DNA of 64,000 bases, taken from contig OX597834.1 of NCBI GenBank assembly GCA_951406725.2, forward strand, positions 9,920,001 through 9,984,000, read 5' to 3'. Position numbers and translations under genes: made by a program. This document shows positions 38,631 through 51,902 of this stretch, piece after piece. Within the stretch, counting starts at the first letter, position 1. The number at the start of each line of letters is the position of its first letter. Under the pieces are notes generated by a model that was not told the origin of the DNA, did not search any database, and saw only the letters and a program-made list of their open reading frames with translations. This DNA comes from Octopus vulgaris (taxonomy: Eukaryota).

Positions 38631-38640
<10 letters not shown>
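38275..38640 (+). mobile_element. Penelope-like element terminal remnant with inverted end, inside (TA)n
   Basis: Flanked by (TA)n on both sides, carries a hammerhead motif and a perfect 34-bp inverted repeat (38357-38390 / 38607-38640). PLE assignment is inferred from this architecture. Confidence 0.6.
38501..38543 (+). ncRNA. Minimal type I hammerhead ribozyme
   Basis: ccac CTGAAGA ttgtc(gatcaa)gacaa GAAA c-gatt-G TA gtgg: intact CUGANGA/GAAA/GUA core, 4-bp stem I, 5-bp stem II, minimal stem III. Confidence 0.85.
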
Positions 38641-38675
<35 letters not shown>

Positions 38676-39887
38676 GTGTGTGTGTGCCCTTCTTTGATAA
38701 CTATACTAAATTAATTGAATACTATATTTTATTTCAAAAACATACTTACAAATGAAGTCTGGCGACTAAGTTATTGTCTTGTTTGTTTATGCAACAGTTT
38801 GGCTCAGTTAAATTGGATACACTGGCAAATGTGACAAAAACCAGGAATGTAAATTGGCACAGTATTGTTAAAATGATATCTGTTTTGTTTCATACACTCG
38901 AATGTAAAAGGACTACCAAGAGAATGCCATCTTCACTATTAACAAGATTTTTTTCAGAAAGAGATGCCCTAAACGTGGAAATCCGTATTTAATGATAATA
39001 TATCTCAACTTGATCTGAACTCTGCTCAAAGACACTTCAATGGCTGTGTTTCTTCGTAGATATGGGCGCACCTAGTTTTTGTGGTTGAACAAGAGATTAC
39101 GTAGATACTCTCACTGCTTTGCGAAACTTTTCATTGATGCCACAAAAAATAAAGCGAAGTGAAGATTATGAGGATATAGCATAAACAATTAAGTATATAA
39201 AAAGCATTTGGCTCTCATCTCTTTGTCTCTGAGAGAGAAGTTGCTAATAGTGACTTCGATGTTTCGTCCAGCCTAGTCACATTATTTTACAGATAAATTT
39301 CTTCTATTTACATAATATTGAGGTATCTTTCTTTCTTTTGTTATCTTATATATATTTGAATATTGTTCAAATTTACAAAAACCAACGAGGTGTATTAGTT
39401 TAACGTTTGGGAAGAATGGTATAGTCTCTAAAGTCTCAAGTCTACGCTCTTCGACTGAAAGAATTAAGAGGAAAAAAAAGCGCTTGTTTGTAGATAGATA
39501 GATTGATAGAGTGAGTGAAAGAGAGACAGACAGACAAAACAATGCATGATGACTAAAACCAAATCTACACACCTAACACGCACACACACTTACACATATG
39601 CTATGTTTAATCTGAATTGCTTTATTGCTCTACCAGTTTCGCACTAGCCTGTATGTCATGGTCGCAAGATAGGAACCCTCTGTAAACATACATTTAATTC
39701 ATTTTTTTTTTACCTTATACACTTGCGATGACTACAGCTTCCGTTCGACACTCTTATCCTGGTTCGTCTGAAATGTTAACAACTAATTTTGCATACAGAA
39801 ATATACATACACACTTATAGACATATAAATACATACATACATACATATTTGTGTGTGTGCGTGTTTACGTATAGATATATGCGTGTT

Positions 39888-39922
<35 letters not shown>

Positions 39923-40149
39923 ATGTGTGTGTGTATATACAGAGATAGAGAGGGGAGAAAGAGTGACTGTTCTGTACTTCCATATGGGAGCGATCATATA
40001 TATATATATAAATATAAATATATAAAGAAAAGATCTGATCACATGCTGCTGCTGTGCAATGTTTCTGCATTGTGTTGTTGATTCATAACATCTTTTTTAC
40101 CTCTTGTGTGTACAATGGTAAGCTCGTCTAGCCACACTGATGTGCTATG

Positions 40150-40216
40150 CATGTATAAATGTGTGTGTGTATGTACGTACACGCACACACACACACATAT
40201 AGATAGATATATAAAT

Positions 40217-40260
<44 letters not shown>

Positions 40261-40532
40261 GTATGTGTATATATATATATATATATATATACATGCATAT
40301 ATACATACATACATATATACATATATACATACATACATACATATACATATATACATACATGCATATATACATACATACATACATATATATATATACATAC
40401 ATATATACATATATATACATACATATATATATATATATACATACATATATATATATATATATACATACATACATACACACATACATATATATATACATAC
40501 ATACATACACACATACATATATATATACATAC

Positions 40533-40586
<54 letters not shown>
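40150..40586. repeat. (TA)n/(TACA)n microsatellite
   Basis: Directly visible. Confidence 0.95.
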
Positions 40587-40588
<2 letters not shown>

Positions 40589-41236
40589 ATGTGTATGTGT
40601 TTTTTACAGTGTGTTTGTGTATCTTTTTTTGCCTTTCTCTCGTAAATAACCGCGTATATTTACATGTCTACATATTGTATTTTTAATCATAACAAGAAGC
40701 TACACTCATGATATTTTGACATTTCGTGTGACAGTTCATGATAAAATTGTAATATTTATTCAATCACCTCTCGGAAATTAAAGCTATTCGTATCTTAAAA
40801 ACAAGCTATTTTGCATCCTGGCCACGCTAAATGTTAAATGTCATTGAACATAACGTTACAAAACCTGTCTCGGTCATAAACTTGGTCAACTATTTACTAA
40901 ATAACATTTGCTCCCCAACTTTTAAAGTGTCGTATTTAGCTCTACGTCTCATAGTACCTTTATGTCAAAAATGTTACATGCTCAAACAAAACTTCTCATG
41001 GTAAGATTGTATTGCAGTATATGAAACTATTTGATATTCCTTCTCGAACCGTACTTATGTTACGATCTAACTTTATTGCTAATGATGGACTTTCCTTTTT
41101 ATCATCTTGGGGTCGATAAGATGAATACCAGCTGAGAACTGTGGTTGATGTAGTAGATTAGATCCCCGCATAATAAATGCTTCATGCCTTCTGTCTGTAG
41201 AAGAAGGGTTACATATGCCATAAGAAAATTAGATAA

Positions 41237-41400
41237 GCGCAGGAGTGGCTGTGTGGTAAGTAGCTTGTTTACCAGCCACATGGATCCGGGTTCAGTCCCA
41301 CTGCGTGGCACCTTGGGCAAGTGTCTTCTACTATAGCCTCGGGCCGACTAAAGCCTTATGAGTGGATTTGGTAGACGGAAACTGAAAGAAGCCCTTCGTA

Positions 41401-41453
<53 letters not shown>

Positions 41454-41680
41454 GCGTGTCTGTGTTTGTGTGTCTGTGTTTGTCCTTCTAGCATTGCTTG
41501 ACAACCGATGCTGGTGTATTTATGTCCCCGTTACTTAGCGGTTCGGCAAAAATGACCAATAGAACAAGTACTGGGCTTACTAAAGAATAAGTTTCGAGGT
41601 TGAGTTGCTCGATTAAAGGCGGTGCTCCAGCATGGCCGCAGTCAAATGACTGAAACAAGTAAAAGAGTAAAAAAAAGAGT
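41237..41680 (+). mobile_element. SINE family A, full length
   Basis: Near-identical to 4970-5386, with a longer internal (TA)n. Confidence 0.92.
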
Positions 41681-41842
41681 AGACGTAAATTTATTTGAAG
41701 TAGAGCCTTCCTTAATAAGCAGTAATAACGGAGAATACTGTAATTTGCATTGAGGTTATTATTCTGCCTTCCGTTTTATTTTAAAACTTTGATGTAGAAG
41801 GTATGGATACATTGTTTAAATCTTATTATTTTGTGTAAATAT

Positions 41843-42260
41843 TAGGCGACGAGCAAGCAGAATCGTTTGCGCACCGGACAAAATGTTCAGCACCATTTAG
41901 TCCATCTTTAAATTCGGGGTTTAAATGCCGCCCTGATGGACTTTTTATCCTTTTTATCATCTTGCGGTCAATAACATGAATACAAGCTGGCAACTGTGGT
42001 TGATGTTGTAGATTAGATCCACGCACCATAAATGTCTCAGGTCTTGTGTCTGTAGGAGAAGGATTACATATGTCACAAGACACAAGGCCGGAAAATTCGT
42101 GATGTGAAGTCGCTTACAACAATCCCAGTATATAACTGGTACTTATTTTATTGACCCCTAAATGATGAAAGCCAAGTCAACCTCGGCAGCATTCTAACTT
42201 GGAACGTAAAGTCGAACGAAAAGCCGCTATACATTTTGCCCGGCATACAAACGAATGTCA
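41843..42260. mobile_element. Tail-to-tail pair of diverged SINE family B copies (+ 41843-42075, - 42080-42260)
   Basis: Head aggcgacgagcaagcagaatcgtt on plus; actggtacttattttattgacccc..gatgaaagccaagtcaacctcggc is the antisense domain. Confidence 0.7.
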
Positions 42261-43179
42261 GATCACCTGATGGAAGGGTAGATGGTTGGATGGATGCATA
42301 TATGGATGCTTGCATGCTTAATATTTGGTGATGCTTCTAGAATATATTCAATGAGCAATTGATTCCAAGGAACATTAGGAACTGGATCCAGGTAACTGTG
42401 TCCTAAGAAAAAAATGATGGGATGATTCAAGGAAACTAAAGTAACTGGCGACTGGATGATGTGAAAATTATTGACTCTCATTTGGTATTGATTGCTTCTT
42501 CCCCGCTTACTTTTAAACCAACGGTTATATACAGGTGATTGTGCGTGTACGTGCGCGCGTAGTGTGAAGCTGGGTGGATGGACGAATCTTTGGAAAATAG
42601 GCGGATGGATGGATGTTTGTATATATTAATGTATATACGTACATGTGTATTAATGACTGAGATAAAAACAATTAAAGGTATCTAAATCTTAATGAAAATC
42701 TTGAAAAAAGAAAAAAAATGGAATTATTTCCCAAAGAGAAAATGTTTGGTTAATTTCTCTCCTGGATTCATTTTCAAGATGGTTAAACAATACTTTATTT
42801 CAAATGGTTTGACCGGATTAACATTTTAATATCGATTAACATGCTGACGTCAGCCGGATATTCTGAAGCTAATATAATATCAGATAGGAAAAAAAATAAA
42901 GTAGCTGATTAAAACACATGATATTACAGAATGTAGAGAAAAAAAAACTATCTCTTATAATTATCGTTGTGAAATCAAGCCGTCATTACCATCAACAATT
43001 ACGGTATACTTGACTGAACACATTAAGTTTCGCTTGGAATGCGTAAGCATAAACGCCCCATTTTTAATTTATAAAATGAAAGAGAAAACCTGAAAGAAGT
43101 GGAAAATATGAGAGAGTTCCATACGCTTGTGAGTAGATCGATCGATATACGTACATAGAGAAAATGATAGATGTTAGAG

Positions 43180-43860
43180 AGATAGATTGACAAATAGATT
43201 GGGAGATAGATAGATAGGAAGATAGATAGATCTTAAGAGAGAAGCAAAGGCAAAGATAGACAGAAAGATAGACTGATAGATAGATCTTGAGAGAAGCAAA
43301 AACAAAGATATAGATAGATAGATACATAAATAGATAGATCTTAAGAGAGAAGCAAATACAAAGATAGACAGAAAGATAGACTGATAGATATATAGATAGA
43401 TAGATAGATAGACAGATTAGGAGGGAGATAGATAGATAGATAGATTAGGAGATAGATTAGTAGTTAGATAGATAGATAGATAGATAGATACATGTATACA
43501 TTCATAGGTAGAGAGAGTTATAAGCGAGACAGATAGGTAGATAGATAGATCTTAAGAGAGAAGCAAAGGCAAAGATATAGATAGATAGATAGATAGATCT
43601 TGAGAGAGAAGCACATACAAAGATAGACAGAAAGATAGACTGATAGATAGATCTTAAGAGAGAAGCAAAGGCAAAGATAGACAGAAAGATAGATAGATAG
43701 ATCTTAAGAGAGAAGCAAAGATAAAGATAGGCAGAAAGATAGACTGATAGATGGAAATGCAGATAGATAGATCTTAAGAGAGAAGCAAAGATAAAGATAG
43801 GCAGAAAGATAGACTGATAGATGGAAATGCAGATAGAGAGATCTTAAGTGAGAAATAGAG
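43180..43860. repeat. (GATA)n-embedded minisatellite, about 9 units of 48-70 bp
   Basis: gatctt(a)agagagaagcaaa.. recurs at 43229, 43283, 43337 ... 43700, 43770, 43840. Confidence 0.9.
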
Positions 43861-44843
43861 AGGAAGATAAATCAAGATATTGCTCAGTCGACTCTGAATT
43901 CCAAAGCATCAAAAGCGAAAAATCATATCAACATATTCTATAAGATGTGGTAAGGTCAAATATGTCATCCACTTTCAAACATAACATTGAGTGACACAGC
44001 TCATATATATCATGTTGATTTCTCAAAGATAGCAAGTCATGAATTGACTATATTACAACTATTTACAGAATAACTATATATAACACAACTATGTGATAAA
44101 TATCACATAAAAGCGAAGAGCGTTCTCTTCATCGTATCGCTTTCTCTCTTCGCCCCTTTCTCAACCTGTGCCTTTCCCTCTTGCTCTCGCTTTTTCGCTC
44201 AAACTATAATATATGATCGATAAGCTCAAAAGCTATAGCACCCAGATCCAACATATAAGGTATCTATGGAAATCTATTGACGGAAGGAATGTTCTCTGCC
44301 ATATAATTCATAATAAATATCGATTACTTCTTACTTAAGCACAAGACCACGTATTCTTGTGGATATTAACAATATGGCTGAAAGAAAATATCTCGGGGAC
44401 TTCTTCTGCACATTAGACACAAACGAGTTACTGCGTGATATATGTAACATACAGACCTGTATAACACACACTAGCCTACAGAAATTACGTTTTGTTGAGG
44501 ATGTGCAATAATTTAGAGATGTTAGTATTGCTTTCAGCTGTTGACTTTAAAATTCAGTATCACTTTAATTTCAATTGACTCTATAGAAATTTTGATTGAA
44601 TCTTTAAGGAGATAGCTCACTTGTTCGTTTATTATGGATTCGAAACACTTTGGAAACATGGCCATTGTCGAGATAATCTAAGCTGTCAATATTTTTACAC
44701 ACTCACACACATGTTCTTATGTGTTGGTGTGTGCTTGTCTATATTTCTGTATCTGAAAACCATAGTTCTAGAAAATTATCACATTTACAAATATAACTAT
44801 GTACAGCAGTAAATTATTTGTATAAATCTGAAATTACACTGGA

Positions 44844-44900
<57 letters not shown>

Positions 44901-45146
44901 TCGAAGAAGATATGACATTTGCAAGTCAGGGAACGTAATTGGAATACGAATCTGGATAACCTTATTATTATAACGTGGATCGAATTCGACAGGCTAACCA
45001 ATTTTGAAATTTTATGATCTTCGCCCAACGGCGCTTTGTACGGGGGTAAAACGGGAAACTTTCTACTGAGGCCAAATCTGTGAATAACTAAAGGAACTTC
45101 ATGCCGATGTCTATCTATCTATCTATTTATTTATCTATCAATGTAT

Positions 45147-45240
<94 letters not shown>

Positions 45241-45655
45241 GAGAGCGCGGGATAAATAAATAAAGTGAGAGGAAGATAGATGTACGTGCGTATTTCCTTC
45301 TGATTTTATTGTTTATTTCCGCACTTTTGCCGTTGCCCTCAAACTGGCCTGTATTTCACTTTGTTGTCTACTCTTCATAATCGCATCAAATGAATTTGAA
45401 GTATCGTGGAAGGAAAATATTCTAGGGCAAGCCTCTAAAAACAAATGCAAATAGGACAAGAGCTTACGTACAAAATCCTACAATACTTCGACATTATTTA
45501 ATCCTACTTGCTTAACATTTTTTTCTAATCACCGTGCCTCAAATGAGTTCCTCAGATCTTCTTTCGGTTTATAGGGTTATGCTGCGAAAATGCCTTGATC
45601 ATCGTATATTTGGATACTGGTGAAGAAAACCAACACTCAGTACATAAGGAGGAAC

Positions 45656-45969
45656 GAAGGCACATGGCCCAGTTGCTAGAACGTTGGGGCTCTTACTCAT
45701 GAGGTAGTGATTACGATTCCTGGACTGGGCTGCATGTTGTGTTCTTGAGCGAGATACTTTATTTCACGTTGCTCCAGTTCACTCAGCTGTAGTAATGAGT
45801 TACGACGTCACTGATGCCAAACTCTATCGGCCTTTGCCTTTCTTTTGGAAAACATCAGTGGCGTGGCGCGAGGAGGGGGCTGATATATATGGGCAACTGC
45901 AGGTCTTGTGCCTTGGAGGATAATTTTCTTGGTGCAATCCCAAGGTAATTCATGACCGAAGTGGGACTT
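45656..45969 (+). mobile_element. tRNA-derived CORE-type SINE with a distinct tail
   Basis: gaaggcacatggcccagttgctag...acgattcctgg...tgttgtgttcttgagcgagatactttatttcacgttgctccagttcactcagctgtagtaatgag. Confidence 0.7.
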
Positions 45970-46829
45970 AACTGTTTACATATGACTCTTACTTATGGCA
46001 CTGTGTCTCCCGCCAGCACAGATCTATAAACTAGAGTCCACCTAATGATTGCCCTCTTCCCAAAGCAATAACAATGCATTTTTGTTCACCATGGAATGTT
46101 CAATAAAGATGCAGAAGAATGCGTGTTTATTTGGCTTAACAGTGTTGATGAAATGATAAGGAGATTTTGGTTTGCCATTCAACAATATTGTCATTATACG
46201 GCCCTCGTCATAAAATAAAGTATGGATAATACATAGGCCATATCGGTAGCCCGTGAAATATTAAAGATACTGACACTAGATTAGACTACGACAAGCAAAA
46301 ATGGAAGATTACAGTATATTATGGACAAAACTACAGATATAACAAGTAGATAGTGCAAATAAATAATACAAAATATGGAGCTAAGGCGAAAATAAATACA
46401 AAAATGCATAAATTATGTTTAAAACAAGTTATTGGGAAGAAAAATCCTCTTAAGCTGCGAGTATTCTGGAGTTTAGTGACGAGGCTAACGGTCGCATGAA
46501 GTTAATCTGATAATAGGGTAATGGAAATTGAGTTGGAAAGAAAATTTTAAAAGACATTTTTTTTTTTTATGATCAGTATTTTTTGTGCGTGTTTACGGTA
46601 TGTATTGCAGAGAGATCGGTGGCATAACGAAAGTAATGGTGTTGAGGCGCAATCGGCAGTTTGCGAAGCACATAGCAGTTAAGGAAATAATGGATCGATA
46701 GCTATAACTAGAAATCACATTGCTCCAGCATGGGGGACTCTAAATGACTAAAAGACATTAAAGAGAAAGTTATATGCACATATACACACATTCATACACA
46801 CGTATATATATGTGCTTACATCTTTATAT

Positions 46830-47220
46830 ATTTACGTATATGAATATATATATATGTGTATATGCATGTATGTATATATATATACATATATATATAAATA
46901 TATATATATACATATATATATAAATATATATATATACATATATATATAAATATATATATATACATATATATATAAATATATATATATACATATATATAAA
47001 TATATATACATATATATACATACATATATATATATATACATACATATATATACATATATATTTACATATATATATACATATATATACATATATATTTACA
47101 TATATATATACATATATATTTACATATATATATACATACATATATATAAATATATATATATATATTCGCGTGTGATTGCATGTGTGTGTGTGTGTATGTA
47201 TACATGTATGCATGTATATA
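46830..47220. repeat. (TA)n-derived array with ~24-bp higher-order unit
   Basis: Directly visible. Confidence 0.92.
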
Positions 47221-47905
47221 TAATCATACCTATTTTCTATACATATGCAAATCGTTATATGTATGCGTGTGCAAACATATAATCGAAACACTATCATATT
47301 AAATTCTTGAGCTGGCCTTAATTTATCTTCGTATATCTGCAGAAGAAAGGCAAAACATGAATGAAAAGAAAAAAAAAGAAAGAAAAAAAAGAAAGAAAAA
47401 GAAATAAAGAAGATATAGAAATCGTTAGTGACGCTTCTTTGCCATTACCATAGTTATGCCTTATTGTATCTCATTCCTTTCATTTATACGATGTTAAAAG
47501 TAAGAAAATGTTTCCAGATAATTAATACTGCCGCACAAACATAAACAAACTTCCATATTTACACGTCCGCATAGTATTTGATAGGGAAGAATTGCTACGT
47601 TAGTGATGAACCGTCGCATATCTGGCTTTTAAGATTTGAAACACAACGCATGCAAAGGAGTTTGTTCACTGACCCGAACAGCTATTTACAACCTAATCTA
47701 AATGGAATCTATAATTCATATTAATTCACTAATGCTGTTTTCGATACATTCACGGATATGGAAACAGTCTGTTTTCACTTAATCTGAAGTGTGTGAATTG
47801 GAAATGAGGGATATACATACACACACACACACACACACACACATCACACTTATGATATAATATGATAATATACATATGTATATATACTTATATATATGGG
47901 TGTAT

Positions 47906-47937
<32 letters not shown>

Positions 47938-47942
47938 CGTAT

Positions 47943-48109
47943 GAGGAAATTATTGCCCCTAGGACACTACCCCACCCTTATAGCACAATTGCCCCTGACG
48001 GCCACTACCCTTTAGGACAATTACCCCGCTTGGTTAATTAAACCCTCTCCAGTTTTAATCATCATGTTGTCCTCAGGCGTAATTGTCCATGGGGGGTAAA
48101 GGTCCTAAA

Positions 48110-48112
<3 letters not shown>
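47943..48112. mobile_element. MITE-like element with repeated subterminal motifs
   Basis: atgag...ctcat ends within TA tracts; ggacaatt(g/a)cccc-like motifs repeat on the left and are inverted (gtaattgtcc, ggggtaaaggtcc) on the right. Confidence 0.5.
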
Positions 48113-48144
<32 letters not shown>

Positions 48145-48231
48145 CCAGCGGGGTGGCGTCATTCGAAGGCTAAAACAATGCGAACGCATTGTGACCAGCG
48201 ATGTGTAACAACATCTGATGGTCTGGTCGGT

Positions 48232-48288
<57 letters not shown>

Positions 48289-50011
48289 TAAACACGTATA
48301 TATCTGTCTATCTATACACACACACACAGAGACACACAGAAAGGGTTGGACAAAATAGTGGAAAGGCCTTAAAATAGTGGAAGATATAGACTCCTAAATT
48401 GCTTTTCTAAAATGCACCACAAATGTTCAATAATATTACCTTTAATAATTTCGGTGTCGAAAAAACAAGTGTGAGTAGAACACTGTGTCGATGACTTTCA
48501 GTTGCTCACTCCAGTCTTGTGCCAAAAGCAAAAATAATTCTTGTGTTCACAATGATAATGCTGTTCCAGAATCAAGACTGGCACCAATACCAAGGCAAGT
48601 ATCAGTTAAGACACCTCCTGCAGCTCAAACAACATGACTGATATTAATATTAATTGAGATAACAATGGAAAAAATATTTAATTCTCTCAATACTAATAAT
48701 TATTCCTCTCAAATGCTCATCAAAATTAATAACTATTATAATAAAATTCACCAAAATAATTATTATTACAGCTTTATTATTGGCCTGAAGATGAACCATA
48801 TATTTGATATAAAGATTATAAATCATGTTGCGGTATAATATTACTATTCTGCGCTGTATATCTCATATATTCTCTTCTTTCCTTTAATAGTAGTAAAACC
48901 ATCCGAGGACAGTTTTAAAACAGCTTCTGTTCTCACTTAGACGTGAGACAGCAGCATCTAGTATGCTCTCTGAAATTATTTCAACTATCTTTATAATCGC
49001 AAGAGGAATCCTTACTAGCTTCTCCATAACCTACCCAGCTATTTGTAGAGGATGTAAGACCTGGACGGTTAGATTTCTGACAGCAAGGAGCTGTTGGTTG
49101 CAACACAGCTGAATGAGGACGGCTGGATTAAAACGTTCTAAAATACGAACCCTGGATCTTAACGATCATATGCCAAACACTAGTCCTCGCGCTTTTACGC
49201 GTTTTGTTTTTTAGGGTAAACAACGTCTCCTTTTTTTCTTCTATGTGATCGTAAACACTTCGTTCAATATTTCTCTATTTACGAAGGATAAGAGGCTTTC
49301 ACTGATTCTCTACGACACTTATCACACAACAACGTTGCCGATATCCTGAGGGAAAGAGAGAGAGACAGACAGAGACAGACAGAAAATGATACAAACAGAC
49401 AGACAGTAATGGGGGGAGAGTGCGCGGGGTCTTACAAACCACCATCAATAGAATCACCAGCAGCAGGTGCTTTACTATTCGACACCCCGAAATGATGAAA
49501 GCCAAAGTTGACGTCGAAAGCATTTCAAATCAGAAAGTGGAAAGCCGGAACAGATATCACGTAAACATGTTATCCGATGCTCTAAAAACTATGCTATGTC
49601 TTGAACGATACATATTCAATAAACGATAGTTGCTAAAATTATGAAAATCAACACCTCACAGAAAAAAAAAACAATAATAATAAATATATTAAAGCTTAAA
49701 CAAAAAAATAATAAGATATCATAATGTTTGTAAAGGTACTTTTAAAAATCGAGATTATTCTAAGAGGATTTCGATCTGAGCCACTGAAAACATCCTTTTT
49801 TTTTATCGTTTCTTTGCTTCAGTCAATGCACTATGGGCAAGCCGAGGTACTGCTTTGAATTATGTAGTCGAAAATAATCGCCCCATTAAGTTACATGAAC
49901 GTAAACAGAATGATTACAGATTGGAAAGCGGTGGTGAAATACAGAAAGGCAAAGACACACGCATACGTGTGTGTGGCTGTAGGTATGCGGATATATATAT
50001 ATATATATATA

Positions 50012-50210
50012 TACGACGGGGTGCTGCAAGTTTAAGGGTATCGCGAAAAACCTGCTTGGAGACCCAACCTTCTGAGTTCTTTCACAGGGTTTCGAAAAAC
50101 CGAAAGACCGCTGTAATTAGTGTGTGAATCTAAGAGGGGAACATGTTGAATAAAATGATAATTAAATGATCCTCCTTCATTTTCTTTTAACCAAAGCCAA
50201 GAACAGCTCC
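50012..50210 (+). mobile_element. Mariner-derived MITE retaining the transposase C-terminus
   Basis: TA-CGACGGGGTGCTG left end. Internal LETQPSEFF/(frameshift)QGFEKPKDRCN*CVNLRGEHVE* matches the mariner C-terminal GIxKLxxRWxKCVxxxGxYVE pattern. Confidence 0.7.
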
Positions 50211-50271
<61 letters not shown>

Positions 50272-50395
50272 GAACCGTTCTTGGCTTTGGGTAAAAGAAA
50301 TGAAGGAGGATCATTTAATAATGATATATATACATACATATAGCTCTTATATGTGTGTGTGTGTGTGTATGCACACACACCTGCACACACACAAA

Positions 50396-50553
50396 AGGCT
50401 TCTTTCAATTTCTGTCAGCCAACCCCACGTACTAAGCTTTGATCGACCCGGGGCCACATTAGAAGACACTTGCTCCAGGGGCCATGCGGTGGGACTAAAC
50501 CGGAACGTTGCGGTTGGGAAGGAAGCACCTTACCGCAGAGCCACGCCCACGTC
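50396..50553 (-). mobile_element. SINE family A 5' half, diverged
   Basis: tagaagacacttgctcc...gccatgcggtgggactaaaccgg...cttaccgcagagccacgcc. Confidence 0.7.
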
Positions 50554-51902
50554 TATGATAATATTAATGATTATACATTTATCACGAGAACAGCTTTTTT
50601 ACAATTTTTGGTACTCCTGATACCCCGTTGACCTTTCTATCTACTTTTCCAAAATAACTAAAGCATAGACAGATATCTCGCTCTTATTTATCTCTGAACG
50701 CTTGATCGCAATGTAAAACAACTTCCATCATACTATATTAATTCGTTTGTATAACATAACATAAATTCGTATCATAAATGTGCATGGACCTGCGTGAACG
50801 TGCCTTTATGTATGTGTATACGTGTGTGTTTGTGTTCGAGTGTATGGGTGTCTGTGTGAGTATGCGTGAATTTATGTGTATGCTTATATGTATGTGTTTG
50901 TATGTTCTCGTTATGTTGTTAATGTTTCGCCCAACATCAGTGGTTACAAAGATGACCTATGATGGAAGGCATTTAGTCATCCGCGACTAAATTTTTATCT
51001 TCGGTGATATATCTAAGAACACGTTACGCAATGTGTCTTCCTATCAAATTCGGCAGGATGTGAGAACAGTAAGATTTCGCTGCTATTTCTAGCCGGTCTG
51101 ACGATCAAAGGAGGCTCCCTTATTTATGTATGAATATATACTTTTACAAGTAAATATTTCAGAATTTCTATACAGCTTAGATCCTGGGGAATATTAGCTA
51201 TTTGAATCAGTATCTAATTTCTTCATTTACCCTGCAGGCGATCGGGGGTTTGAGAGTTCATTTGGCTGTTGGAAAACATACATACATGCTTAACATATAC
51301 GTATTTACCTACTTCTGTATATGTATATATATATAAATACATACTTACGTACATGCATATATATATATATATATATATTTATTTCTGTGTGTGATAAATT
51401 GCTGCCCTATACTTGAACTTGATTTCCGATCACTACCGGCATTCTATCTCTATATTATATGTGCATACTTGCAACGCCGGCTTATCTATTAGGATCGTTA
51501 CTTGAAATATCTGAATATCTGTTCCACAGGGGGTTATTTTCATATTACGAACGCAATTGCATTTGCTAGAGGCGTTATGGTATAGTTGATGAGTCCATGT
51601 CATTAGTTCAAATGTGCGCTAGGATCTTCAATGTAACGTTAGGGCGTTTTAGTCTACGTTGCCATAACTTCCTTCTGTTGAGAAGAATACCCTCCGAATT
51701 TAGAGGTGAACAATTGTGTTGGAAATGGCGGTTGTCCATTGAAAATTTCTTGTTCAGGAAATTTAAGCGATTGATTCTGTTGATAAATAATAACTTGTTC
51801 CGTTACTGAAATATAATATATGAATTGATCTATATTTCAACGTATGTATATATATGTAAAAATGCATGTTATTGTATTTGTAAGCGTCTATGTACGTAGA
51901 TA

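Noticed and set aside
43180-43860. CRISPR-like repeat-spacer array (also considered 58851-59219)
   Set aside because: Spacers are microsatellite or identical sequence, there are no cas genes, and the context is eukaryotic.
48640-48890. Penelope-like 3' end with CTGAAGA at 48785
   Set aside because: No GAAA or stems are recoverable and there is no convincing ORF remnant; too degraded to support.
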